Assembly (NCBI GenBank): GCA_963700065.1
Contig: CAVOWJ010000005.1
Location: 620,953-684,952 of the forward strand
DNA from: an uncultured Acidobacteriota bacterium
Lineage (GTDB): Bacteria > Acidobacteriota > Vicinamibacteria > Vicinamibacterales > JAKQTR01
DNA length: 64,000 bases
Reading direction: 5' to 3'
Shown: positions 1 through 9,111 of the stretch, piece after piece
Numbering within the stretch: the first letter of the stretch is position 1
How the letters are laid out: the number at the start of each line of letters is the position of its first letter
Made by a program: the position numbers and the translations under genes
Notes under the pieces: generated by a model
The model's database searches: none
The model's input: only the letters and a program-made list of their open reading frames with translations
What the model was told of the DNA's origin: nothing

Positions 1-1527
1 ATTCACGCGGACATCGTCGGCGAGCGCGCGCGGCTCACGCCGGGCAAGACGGCGCTCGTGTGCGTGGCTGATGGGTCGCGCTACAGCTACGGGGATCTCG
101 ACCGGCGCGTCGAGAGGCTCGTCCGCGCCTGGCTTGGGCCGGGCGGCCTGAGGCCGGGCGATCGCGTGGCCATCCTGGCGCACAACCGCGTGGAGTTCAT
201 CGACGCCTTCTTCGCCGCCGCGCGATCGGGCGTGATTCTCGTGCCGCTCGGCACGAAGCTGACCGCGCACGAGATCGCGTTCATCGCGAAGGATGCTGGG
301 CTGCGCGGCCTCATGTACGGCGGCGAGTTCGCCGAGACCGTCCGTGCGCTGGAGGGCCTGGCCGATGTTCCGATCCGGATCGCGCTCGACGGGCCGGCGG
401 CTGACGATCATGTGCGGCTGGATGCGCTCCTCCAGGAAGCGGACGCCGGTCCGGCTCGCGTCGCCGCGGCCCGCCCGTCCCCCGAGGACGTGTGCTGCCT
501 GCTCTACACGAGCGGCACCACCGGCAAGCCGAAGGGCGTGATGGTGCCGCACCGCATGGTGGCGTGGAACGGCTACAACACGGCGATGTGCTGGCAGTTG
601 CGCGAAGACGATGTGAGCCCGATCTTCACGCCGCTGTACCACGCCGGCGGGCTCGGCGCCTTCCTGCTGCCGATCTTCTGCATCGGCGGCACCATCGTGC
701 TGCACGCCGGGTTCGATCCCGACGAGATCTGGCGCGTCATCGAGCGCGAGCGCTGCACCGTCGTCCTGGGCGTGCCCACCATCTACAAGCTGCTGATGGA
801 GGCGCCGGCGTTCCAGACCGCCGGCCTGTCGCACGTCCGCTGGCTCATCAGCGGCGGCGCTCCCCTGCCGCTCTACATCATCGAGGCCTACCAGCGGCGC
901 GGCGTGGTGTTCAAGCAGGGCTACGGGCTGACGGAAGTCGGCGTGAACTGCTTCTCGATGACCGTCGAGGAGTCGGTCCGCAAGAAGGGCTCGATCGGCA
1001 AGTCGATGATGTTCACCGAGGCCAGGGCCGCCGGGCCGGATGGCAGCCCCGTGCCGGCGGGCGAGGTCGGCGAGCTGTGGCTGCGCGGGCCGCACGTGTG
1101 CAGCGGTTACTGGAACAACCCCGAAGCCACCGCGGCGGCGCTCGATGCCCACGGCTGGTTCCACACGGGCGATCTCGCGCGCCAGGACGAGGACGGGTTC
1201 TTCTACATTGCGGGCCGGCAGAAGGACATGCTGATCTCTGGAGGCGTGAACGTCTATCCGGCCGAGATCGAAGCCGAACTGCTGCTGCACCCGGCCGTGC
1301 AGGACGCGGCCGTGGTCGGACTGCCCGACCCGACGTGGGGCGAGGTTGGCGCCGGCTGCGTCGTGCTGCGCGAGGCCGGCAGCGTGACGGGGGATGACCT
1401 GGCTGCGTTCCTGTCGGCGAAGCTCGCGAAGTACAAGATCCCGCGGCGTTGGATGTTCCTCGACGCCCTCCCGCGCACGGCCTATGGCAAGGTCATTAAA
1501 GGCGAACTCCGGGATCGCCTGGGGTGA
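1..1527 (+). CDS. AMP-dependent acyl-CoA synthetase/ligase; 5' end lies outside the window
   Basis: Frame 1 is open from base 1 (same frame as track ORF 58..1527). AMP-binding signature LLYTSGTTGKPKGV, plus GYGLTE and TGDLARQDEDGFFYIAGRQKD. Confidence 0.9.
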   Translation: MHADIVGERARLTPGKTALVCVADGSRYSYGDLDRRVERLVRAWLGPGGLRPGDRVAILAHNRVEFIDAFFAAARSGVILVPLGTKLTAHEIAFIAKDAGLRGLMYGGEFAETVRALEGLADVPIRIALDGPAADDHVRLDALLQEADAGPARVAAARPSPEDVCCLLYTSGTTGKPKGVMVPHRMVAWNGYNTAMCWQLREDDVSPIFTPLYHAGGLGAFLLPIFCIGGTIVLHAGFDPDEIWRVIERERCTVVLGVPTIYKLLMEAPAFQTAGLSHVRWLISGGAPLPLYIIEAYQRRGVVFKQGYGLTEVGVNCFSMTVEESVRKKGSIGKSMMFTEARAAGPDGSPVPAGEVGELWLRGPHVCSGYWNNPEATAAALDAHGWFHTGDLARQDEDGFFYIAGRQKDMLISGGVNVYPAEIEAELLLHPAVQDAAVVGLPDPTWGEVGAGCVVLREAGSVTGDDLAAFLSAKLAKYKIPRRWMFLDALPRTAYGKVIKGELRDRLG

Positions 1528-1548
1528 GGAACCCGGAGTTCGCGGATC

Positions 1549-1653
1549 AGGGGCTAGGCGCTTGGCGCTAGTCAGGCAGCTTGTCACGCTGGTATGCAAC
1601 CCCTGCGGCGATAGCCGCATCAGACTAGTCCCTAGCGCCTGGCCCCTAGCGCC
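1549..1653. repeat. Imperfect inverted repeat with about 25-nt arms of CTAG-containing 7-mers around a ~45-nt loop, between convergent genes
   Basis: Left arm aggggctaggcgcttggcgctagtc pairs with the right arm gactagtccctagcgcctggcccct at 21 of 25 positions by hand. The loop holds a gcggc-gata-gccgc mini-hairpin (1605-1618), also seen at 54532-54545. Confidence 0.7.
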
Positions 1654-2711
1654 TACTTGATCGGAAAGTAGATATTCGTCAGGATCTCCGGCTCCTTCAC
1701 CGTGGTCGGATCGTTGGCGAACTCGTCCCAGGGCCTGCCGTTGGTCGCGATGCCGTGCGCGGCGATGTAGGCGACGATCTTCTCGTAGGTCGACGGGATC
1801 TGGCTGTACGGCCCGCGCAGCGCCACCTTCAGCGCCTTGCCTCCGTAGGTCTGCTTCATCTGCACGCGCGAGTCGGGCGGAACCGGCCTCGCGGGCACGC
1901 TGTCCACCGGGATGGCCGCGTCGAACAGATGGCCCGACGCGCTCTCGCCGCTGTCGATCGTGATGGGCGCGCCGGCCTGCTGCAGCCGGTTCGCCTTCAT
2001 GAACGCTCCCACTTCGCCGTAGGCGGCGGTGATGGCGGCGGCGATCGCCGTGTCGTTCTTCGCGCTCGACGTCGGGACGTAAGCCACCGTGACCGGCTGG
2101 ACCGTCACCGTCTCGACCGGGAGCCCGGCGAAATCGCCCCTGGGCAGCCCCTCGGCGAACGTCTTCAGCTTCTCGAGGCCCTTGTCGAAGTCCTTGCCGA
2201 TCATCCCGTCGAATCCGAGGCCCATGTAGCGCGCGATCGGGTTCATCCCCAGGTCTACGTCCATGCTCCAGGTGAGCTTCGTGCCGGACCCGTCCGCTGC
2301 CAGCGTGTACACCTGTTTCGCCGGGGTTCCGCCCTGGCCGAAGTCCACGTCGGCCTCGATGCGGCCGTACGGCGTGCTCGCGGTGATGGCCTGGTACCCG
2401 GAGCCGAGCGTCTGCGGGTTCCCGGCCCAGGTCAGCTTCGCTCCCACGCCCACCGCGGGGCCCTCGGAGGTGTACTTCGCCTCGGGATCCAGCTCGAACC
2501 AGGGTGACCACCGGTTGAACTGCGTGAAACTGTCGAGGATCGTGAACACCGTCGACCGGGACGCCGCGATCGTGGCCGAGCGCTCCACCCGCACGTGGCG
2601 CGGCAGCATGAACGCCGCCGCGATCGCGATGACGAGCAGCACGCCGACAAACAGCATGATCCGCCTGACCCAGCCCATGGCATCCTCCAAGGCGGCCAGC
2701 CGCGCCGCCAT
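1653..2711 (-). CDS. Membrane-anchored SRPBCC (START/polyketide-cyclase-like) protein with a GyrI-like ligand-binding C-terminal half
   Basis: 352-aa ORF. N-terminal TM helix IMLFVGVLLVIAIAAAFML. The SRPBCC-like block RSATIAASRSTVFTILDSFTQFNRWSPW and the C-terminal half resemble effector-binding domains. Recognised by eye only. Confidence 0.6.
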   Translation of the reverse strand: MAARLAALEDAMGWVRRIMLFVGVLLVIAIAAAFMLPRHVRVERSATIAASRSTVFTILDSFTQFNRWSPWFELDPEAKYTSEGPAVGVGAKLTWAGNPQTLGSGYQAITASTPYGRIEADVDFGQGGTPAKQVYTLAADGSGTKLTWSMDVDLGMNPIARYMGLGFDGMIGKDFDKGLEKLKTFAEGLPRGDFAGLPVETVTVQPVTVAYVPTSSAKNDTAIAAAITAAYGEVGAFMKANRLQQAGAPITIDSGESASGHLFDAAIPVDSVPARPVPPDSRVQMKQTYGGKALKVALRGPYSQIPSTYEKIVAYIAAHGIATNGRPWDEFANDPTTVKEPEILTNIYFPIK

Positions 2712-2759
2712 TCCCTGAGCCTACCTCGGTTCCCCCACCCGCCAAAGGGGGACTGTCCC

Positions 2760-4050
2760 CTAGAAACTGTACCGGAGGCTGATGGTGACGTGGGAGTTCC
2801 GGTCGTAGCGGCCGAAGAAATCCTCAGGGGTGCCCGCGATGATCGTGGCGCGGGCGGTGAAGCGGAGATGCTGGCCCGACGCCTGTGAATACTCGAACCG
2901 GAGCCACGTGCCGTCGAGGTTCTGGCGGACGGCGCCTTCGAACGCCGCGCTGCGATTGGTGTCGATCGTGTAGGACACGCGGCCGAGGAAGGCCTTCGTC
3001 AGCCCGCGGTCGGGCGCGAAGGATGCCTGGACGCGCGAGGTGGTGACGACCTCGCCGGAGTAGCCGCCGATGAACATCCACTCGCCGGACTGGCGCTCGA
3101 CCTGGATGACGTAGAGCCAGGTACTGGTCGGCGCGCGAGTCGCTGGTCCCGAAAAACGCCGCCTCTCCCTTCAGCGTCACCGCCGGCAGCGGCACCGCCG
3201 CGTCGCCGCCGGCCATCCACATGGTCGGGTAGACGCGGGTGATGGGGACCTGAAGCCCGGAGGGCACGGCGTTCGCGGCGAGCGATGCCGCGGGCGGGAC
3301 CGGAATGCCCCCCGGCAGTTGCGGGGTGCCGGCCTCGATGATCGGCAGGTTGTTGTTGCCGCTGAAGGCGGACACCGAGAATTCGTAGCCCGATCCGACG
3401 TGGTTCCAGCGTGCGCCCAGCTGCGTGCGGCCCGGGTAATCCGCCCCTTCGTCGACGAGCGTCACGTTCTCCAGCTCGGCCGCCAGGCCGGCCCACCGCT
3501 GATCGAGCAGGGGCGTCCTGCTCGGGGTGAAGCGGGCCGCGACGAGATCGAGCGTGTCGGCCTGAAGCCCGGCCGTGAACCGCGCCGCCGTGACGCCGAG
3601 GAACTCGCTGTCGACAACGGCCAGGTAGTCGCGCGGCGCGAAGCGGTCGGTCGGGTTGAGGATGTCGGTCTTGCCCCACCGGACGAACTGCTTCCCGGCC
3701 TGGAGGCTGAGCGGGCCCCGGGTGAGCGTCGCGTCGAGGCGCCTGACGGCCAGCCCGGGCCGCCTCGCCGACCGGTCGCTCCAGCTGATGCCGTCCCATT
3801 CCGTCTGATCGTGTGTGTCGGCGCGAGCGTCGATGCCGCCGTTCAGCCACAGCCACGCGGCCGGCTTCGCCGCCGCCTCGTATCGCAGCAGCGCCTCCCC
3901 GACGACCTGCGTGTCGTCATTCGCCGTCGTCTGCGGATAGCCGATGCCCTTCGCCTCGATGAAGCCCTTCTGGGTGAATGCTTGCGCATGCGCGTACAGG
4001 GGCAGAAGCGCCAAGAGCGCCGCGAGCGGCAACGGCAGAGCCAGCCGCAT
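2760..4050 (-). pseudogene. Outer-membrane beta-barrel protein with its frame broken by one extra base near 3120 (pseudogene or assembly indel)
   Basis: Signal peptide MRLALPLPLAALLALLPLYAHAQA starts at ATG 4050. The body is in track ORF 2824..4398 and the last 105 aa are in track ORF 2760..3077, ending ISLRYSF (terminal Phe). Length is 1291 nt = 3n+1. Dropping one C of tacCtgg joins ...SRADQY to WLYVIQVERQSGEW. Confidence 0.65.
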
Positions 4051-4107
4051 TCGACCCGGCGCCACGTCGCGCTGCAAACCGCTCGGCGCGCCGGAGGGGC
4101 CCCGCTT

Positions 4108-4347
4108 TCGACTTAGCAAACGGCGCCCAATGCTAAGTCGAGTGAAAACGCGCCAGCGGCGCGTTTTCCGCGGGGGACGCATCTCCGGGGTGCTGTCGGC
4201 GGAAGCGCGGGGCCCCGCTGCGCCTCCGCGGGAAACGCCACACCGTGGCGTTTCCATGCGCACTTGGCGACATCCCATGTCTCCAAGTGCGAAGCGGAGC
4301 CTCCCCCACGCGGACTTCGGCCCCTTCGATGCGTTTGTCACGCATTC
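4108..4347. other. Cluster of five hairpins in the intergenic region between the LolA-like gene and the OMP gene
   Basis: Stems: 4108-4118/4131-4141 (11 bp); 4144-4154/4158-4168 (11 bp, 3-nt loop); 4231-4241/4245-4255 (11 bp, 3-nt loop); 4259-4267/4283-4291 (9 bp); 4329-4334/4340-4345 (6 bp). The second and third share G(A/G)AAACGC...GCGTTT(T/C)C. Confidence 0.6.
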
Positions 4348-4395
4348 GTGATCGGCTTGCTCGCATGGTTTGCTGCGCGACGTGGCGCCGGGCCT

Positions 4396-4437
4396 CATTC
4401 TGTCTTCTGTCTTCTGTCTTCTGTCTGTCTACTGTCC
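4396..4437. repeat. Heptamer tandem array: TCTTCTG x3 plus degenerate units
   Basis: cattctg tcttctg tcttctg tcttctg tctgtct actgtcc. It overlaps the stop codon (4429-4431) of the LolA-like gene. Confidence 0.8.
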
Positions 4438-5187
4438 CCGTCTGAGCGCCTGCAGCGTGAAGTTCTCGTCCTTCATCGGCACGTTGTACTCGAGCTTGTC
4501 GAAGGTCAGGATCGTGCGGCTGTTGCGCTTGAGGTCGGCCATCTCGAGCACCCGCGCGGTCCAGATTCCCTGCACGTTGTCGATCTTCGAGTACTTCAGC
4601 CGCCGGACCACGACGTCCTTGACGTAGTTCTCGATGCGCTGGAACGCGTAGTTGTCCTTGCGCACCCACACGATGGACGACGTGTACTGGGAGGACTTCC
4701 CTTTCCGCGGGCGCGACTCGACCTTCCAGCACGCGGCCCCGTCGACGTTCTCCTCGGCGAGCATCGAGTAGTCGTACTGCCCGGTGTCGCGCTCCTCGAG
4801 ATCCTCAAAGCTGAAGTCGGTGCCGAAGAAGCGCGTGGAGCGGTCCTGCAGCGCGATGCGGCGCTCGCGCTGGATCGCCGGCGTCCACATCCACTGGTCG
4901 GACGCGCGGTCGGGATAGTTGACTACCAGCAGCGCCACGCCCTTCACCTCGGCCGGCTGAACGAACGTCAGCACGGACTTGCTCCGCCCGTGCGATCCTG
5001 TGCGGTCGTACACCCAGCGCTTATCGGAGATCTTCCCCTTCGAGTCGACGACCTGCAGAAGCCCCTCGTAGTGCTGCGACGTCGCCTCCGTGCGGCGCTG
5101 CGCTTCCTCCATCACCTGGCGCGCGTCCTGGGCGGCGGCGGGGCCGGCGGCCAGCACGAGCGCCAGAGCCGCCCTGATCAGGGGCAT
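4429..5187 (-). CDS. LolA-like outer-membrane lipoprotein-sorting family protein
   Basis: Start moved to ATG 5187, giving signal peptide MPLIRAALALVLAAGPAAAQDA. FFGTDFSFEDLEERD and the overall pattern match the LolA-like/DUF1329-type family commonly next to MacB-like permeases. Confidence 0.75.
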   Translation of the reverse strand: MPLIRAALALVLAAGPAAAQDARQVMEEAQRRTEATSQHYEGLLQVVDSKGKISDKRWVYDRTGSHGRSKSVLTFVQPAEVKGVALLVVNYPDRASDQWMWTPAIQRERRIALQDRSTRFFGTDFSFEDLEERDTGQYDYSMLAEENVDGAACWKVESRPRKGKSSQYTSSIVWVRKDNYAFQRIENYVKDVVVRRLKYSKIDNVQGIWTARVLEMADLKRNSRTILTFDKLEYNVPMKDENFTLQALRRGQ

Positions 5188-5246
5188 GGGACATGGGGCA
5201 GGGGGCAACAAGACAGGGGCATGGGGCAAGGGACAAGGGGCGGGGA
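5181..5246. repeat. G-rich heptamer array (GGGGCAT/GGGGCAA/GGGACAA units); left arm flanking the four-helix-bundle gene
   Basis: ggggcat gggacat ggggcag ggggcaa caagaca ggggcat ggggcaa gggacaa ggggcgg. This is the reverse-complement unit family of the 5693-5820 array. Confidence 0.85.
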
Positions 5247-5282
5247 AGCAAGAACGTTCACGACGCATACAACTGCTCCTAG

Positions 5283-5687
5283 TCACTGGGCACTCTGAGC
5301 ACGAGACTCGGAGTCGGCCGCTGCACGATTCCCCAGCGCCGACCGCAATCCGTGAAGAACCCTTCCCACGTCAGCTGCTGCATCAAGCAGCCTGACGGCG
5401 TCTTCCACCTGACCCATCCCAAGACGCCTCGCCAGTTCGATCTGAGTCTCCAACTCGGCCTGGGAGCCCATTGCGATGGCCACGAAGCTCGCGTATGCCG
5501 CTCTCGACCGGCGGTTGTGACCCTCCGCAACGTTCGACGGAATCGACACGGCCGACTTCCGAATGTGCGCCGCAAGTCCGAACATCTCCGACTTCGGGAA
5601 GCTCTCTGTGAATCTGTAACACCCCTCGGCCAGCTGCATGGCGAGCTTCCATGCGTCGAGATCGCGGTAGCACCGGATTGGCGTCAT
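5283..5687 (-). CDS. Four-helix-bundle protein (23S rRNA intervening-sequence protein family)
   Basis: 134 aa. YRDLDAWKLAMQLAEGCYRFTESFPKSEMFGLAAHIRKSAVSIPSNVAEGHNRRS is the characteristic signature of this family. Confidence 0.85.
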   Translation of the reverse strand: MTPIRCYRDLDAWKLAMQLAEGCYRFTESFPKSEMFGLAAHIRKSAVSIPSNVAEGHNRRSRAAYASFVAIAMGSQAELETQIELARRLGMGQVEDAVRLLDAAADVGRVLHGLRSALGNRAAADSESRAQSAQ

Positions 5688-5692
5688 TCATT

Positions 5693-5820
5693 CCCCCATG
5701 CCCCATGCCCCATGCCCCATGCCCCTTGTCCCTTGCCCCTAGCCCCCTTGTCCCCTTGCCCCTTGTCCCCTTGCCCCTTGCCCCTTGTCCCTTGCCCCTT
5801 GTCCCTTGCCCCTTGCCCCT
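5693..5820. repeat. C-rich heptamer array of about 18 units (CCCCATG/CCCCTTG/TCCCTTG); right arm flanking the four-helix-bundle gene
   Basis: 128 nt with strict 7-nt period from just after the gene start (5687) to the permease stop codon (5819-5821). It is G4-type (G3-4 N3)n on the transcribed minus strand. Confidence 0.9.
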
Positions 5821-8372
5821 ACTCGTACTCGAGCGCCTCCACAAGCGACCCCCGCACCGCCGACTCCGCCGGCCAGAGCGCGGCCACGAACGCCGCCCCG
5901 AGGATCAGCGGCACGAGCAGGGCGGCAATCGACCAGGGGAACTGGTACGGCAGCGCCATGCCGGTGATGTCGCGCTGGCTCAACTCGAGCACGTAGTGCA
6001 GCGTCACCGACCCGACGGCGAATCCCATCACCAGCCCGACCACTCCAATCGTGAGCGCCTCCATCCAGATCGTGTGGCGGATCTGGTTGCGCAGGCCGCC
6101 GACGGCCTGCAGCACGCCCAGTTCGCGCCGGCGATCGATGATCGACACGGTGAGCGTGTTCACGATCCCCAGGATCGCCACGAGCACGGCAATCGCGATC
6201 TGCGCATAGGCCAGGCCCAGCCACTGCTCGGTCAGGGCCGAGATCCAGGACCGCACTTCCTTGTTCGTCAGCACGAACAGGCGCTGCGTGCCGGCGAACC
6301 GCTCGATGATCCGCTGCCGGACGTCCATCGGCGGCACGCCTTCCTTCACGTAGATCCGGAAGACGTTCACGGTGTCATCGCCCCACCACCGGACGTAGCT
6401 CGCCCGGTCCATGAGGATCGAGCCCGACTGATCCGACCAGTCGACGACCAGGCCGACGATGGGGACCTTGTGCACGCCGGTCGGCGTGGCCAGATCCATC
6501 ACGTCGCCGTAGTGAAGGTCCTGCAGCCGCGCGAAGTTGTCCGACAGGATTACGCCCTTGCCCTGTGCCGCCATCTCGTACATCTCGGGCGGGCCTTCCA
6601 CCGGCGGCCGCCTGGCCCGGTCTCCCATCGACTTCGCCTCGACCGCCACGATCATGACGGGCGTGCCCTTGTACATCGTCCGGTGGCTGCGCACGCGCTG
6701 AAGCTCCTCGACCCCCTCGATCCGCGCCAGTTCGTCGCCGATCGCGGGCGGGAACCTGAAGTTCCGCTCGGTCAGGCTTTGCGACGCGGTCACGAACAGG
6801 TCCGGGTTCAGCGCCGTCGTGGTCCACTCCATGATCGAGTCGTAGCTGGCCTTTGCGATGCCGCCCAGCGTGACGACGAGCGCGAGCGACAGCATGAGCG
6901 CCGTCACCGTGGCCGAGGTGCGGCGCGGCGCCTGGATGAGACTGTCGGCCGCCAGCGCCCCTTCGACCGGCCGGAGCCATCGCAGGGCCGGGCGCATGGC
7001 CCGCGTGAGCCACAGCGCCCCCGTGGGGCTGAGGAGCAGGAGCGCCACAACCGCCATCGCGAACCCGGCGTAGAAGAGCGCCATCGATCGGGCCGCGAAC
7101 ACGAGCAGTGCGATCGAAAACGCGCCCAGGAGGATGGCCGCCAGACGGCGCATCCGGTTCTCGCCAGCCGACAGCACCTGGTACCGGCCTTTTTGCAGCG
7201 CCTGGATCGGATCGACCCGCGACGCGTTGCGCGCGGGGATGAACCCCGCGAGCACGCTGGTCACGACGCCCATCAGCAGGCCGAACAGCATCAGGCGGGG
7301 CTCGGTCGCGATTTCGGTCGTCCGCTCGGCGATGCCGTAGACCCCGGCAATCAACCCCGAGATGTAGAGCGCCAGGCCGCGAGACAGCAGCACGCCGAAC
7401 CCGAGGCCCAGCGTGGACCCCACCAGCCCCGACAGGCCGCTCTCGACGAGGAAGAGCGTCCGGATCTGACGGCGCGAGGCGCCCAGCGCGCGCAGGATCC
7501 CGATCTCGCGCCGCCGCTGCGCCACGGCGATCGAGAACGAGTTGTAGATGATGAACATCCCGATGAACAGCGCGAACGCGCTGTTGATGTTCGCCGTGAA
7601 GGAGTACACGCGCAGCACCGAGTCGATCTGCTGGCCGCGCGACGAGGGCGGCTCCACCTCGAAGCCGGGCCCCAGGAGGCCCTCGAATGGCCGCGCGGCC
7701 GTCGGCCACCGGCACACCCTCGTTCAGGGCCAGGTCGATCCGGTCGAACGTCCGGCCCCGCCCGAACACCATCTGGGCCGCGTAGATGTCCATCACTGCG
7801 AGGTTGCCGCCGAACGCCTGCGTCAGGCCGCCCGACTTCATGATCCCGCGCACCGTGAACTGCTTCTCGCCGTCCATGGTGCGCATCGGCACCTTCGTGC
7901 CAATCGCGATGCCGTTCCGCTCGGCGAACTCGCGCGTCACGATCAGCGAGTCGGGCTGCGCCAGGAACACCAGCGGGTCGTCGATGACCGCCTCGTCTCC
8001 GGTCTCGAGGTCGTAGTCGCGCAGCGAGCGGTCGCCGGTCATGTCCACGGCCAGGATCAGCAGGTTGCCCTCGCCCGCCAGGTTCGTGTCGACCGGCGCC
8101 TCGATGACCGGCACGGCGACCTTCACCTGCGGCATCGCCTGCACGCGCTCGAGCACGTCCTCCGGGAATCCCCCCTCGCCGGCGGTGATCTGCAGCTCCG
8201 CCTTCCCCGCGATGCGGTCGATCGTCTTGTAGAAGGCGAACAGCACCGACTGGTTGGCCGTGTGCATGCCGACGAAGACGGCTACGCCGAGCACGATCCC
8301 GACCGTCGTCAGGATCGTGCGCAGGCGGTGCCGGCGCACGTAGGGCCAGGTGATGAGGCGCAGCAGCATCAT
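5819..8372 (-). pseudogene. MacB/FtsX-type ABC transporter permease (about 850 aa, two FtsX domains) with its frame broken by one extra base near 7686
   Basis: The N-terminal part MMLLRLITWPYVRRHRLRTILT...RIDLALNEGV is in track ORF 6375..8711. The remainder, LLGPGFEVEPPSSRGQQIDSVLRVYSF...EALEYE, is in track ORF 5819..7717. Length is 2554 nt = 3n+1. Removing one T of gccatTcgag gives ...GRAAIEGLLGPGFEV. Confidence 0.8.
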
Positions 8373-9043
8373 CGCCGTTCGTCTCCGACGATCCGGCCGT
8401 CGCGCAGGGTGATGGTGCGGGCGCAGCTCGCGGCCACGTGGCGGTCGTGCGTCACGATGAGGACCGTCGCCTTCAGGCGATCGTGGAGGTCCCGGATGAG
8501 CGCGAGGATCTCCTCGCCGGTGGCCGAGTCGAGGTTGCCCGTCGGCTCGTCGGCGAGCAGGATCGGCGGGTAGATGGCCAGCGCGCGCGCGATCGCCACG
8601 CGCTGGCGCTCGCCGCCCGACAGCTCGTCCGGCAGGTGCTCGATGCGCTTGCCGAGCTGGACCAGGTCGAGCAGCTCGCGGGCACGGTCGCCGGCCTTCC
8701 TGCGGGCCCACCCGCGCAGGTGCAGCGGCAGCGCGACGTTCTCGAGGCAGCTCAGCGTGGGCAGCAGGTTGAAGAACTGGAAGATGAACCCGACCTTGTC
8801 CCGCCGCACCCTCGTCAGCGCATCGTCCCCGAGGCCGTCCAGGCGCTGGCCGTCCACCCCGATCCAGCCAGAGGTCGGGTGATCGAGCGCGCCGATCAGA
8901 TTGAGCAGGGTCGACTTGCCGGAGCCGGATGCGCCGACAATCGAGACCATCTCGCCGCGTTCGACGGAGAGGCTGACGTGGTCGAGGGCGGTGACGGTGC
9001 GCTTGCCGTCGAAGGTCTTGGTGACGTCAGACAGAGTGATCAT
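8369..9043 (-). CDS. ABC transporter ATP-binding protein (LolD/MacB-type)
   Basis: Start set at MITLSDVTKTF. Walker A GASGSGKST, signature LSGGERQRVAIARAL, Walker B ILLADEPTGNLD. Its stop overlaps the permease start (ATGA at 8369-8372). Confidence 0.9.
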   Translation of the reverse strand: MITLSDVTKTFDGKRTVTALDHVSLSVERGEMVSIVGASGSGKSTLLNLIGALDHPTSGWIGVDGQRLDGLGDDALTRVRRDKVGFIFQFFNLLPTLSCLENVALPLHLRGWARRKAGDRARELLDLVQLGKRIEHLPDELSGGERQRVAIARALAIYPPILLADEPTGNLDSATGEEILALIRDLHDRLKATVLIVTHDRHVAASCARTITLRDGRIVGDERR

Positions 9044-9111
9044 GCCGCGTCTATCGTGACACGCCGGGCGGCGGGGCGTCGAGGCGGCGCGGCGCCGGCG
9101 CGCGCGGCCTC

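Noticed and set aside
4051-4428. A cobalamin or other riboswitch in front of the OMP gene.
   Set aside because: No B12 box or other class-specific core is visible by eye. It is kept only as an unexplained hairpin cluster.
5693-5820. Whether the short tandem arrays are CRISPR arrays.
   Set aside because: The period is 7 nt, with no unique spacers and no cas genes. They are microsatellite-like arrays, not CRISPR.
5651-7843. Very long ORFs antisense to, or out of frame with, real genes. Examples: 5651..7843+, 45914..48862+, 37571..39763+, 38175..39884-, 58890..61865-, and the upstream part of 29086..32769-.
   Set aside because: Their translations are Arg/Pro/Ala/Gly-rich low-complexity strings with no recognisable motifs, which is typical of shadow ORFs in GC-rich DNA. 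The overlapping frames carry clear family signatures.
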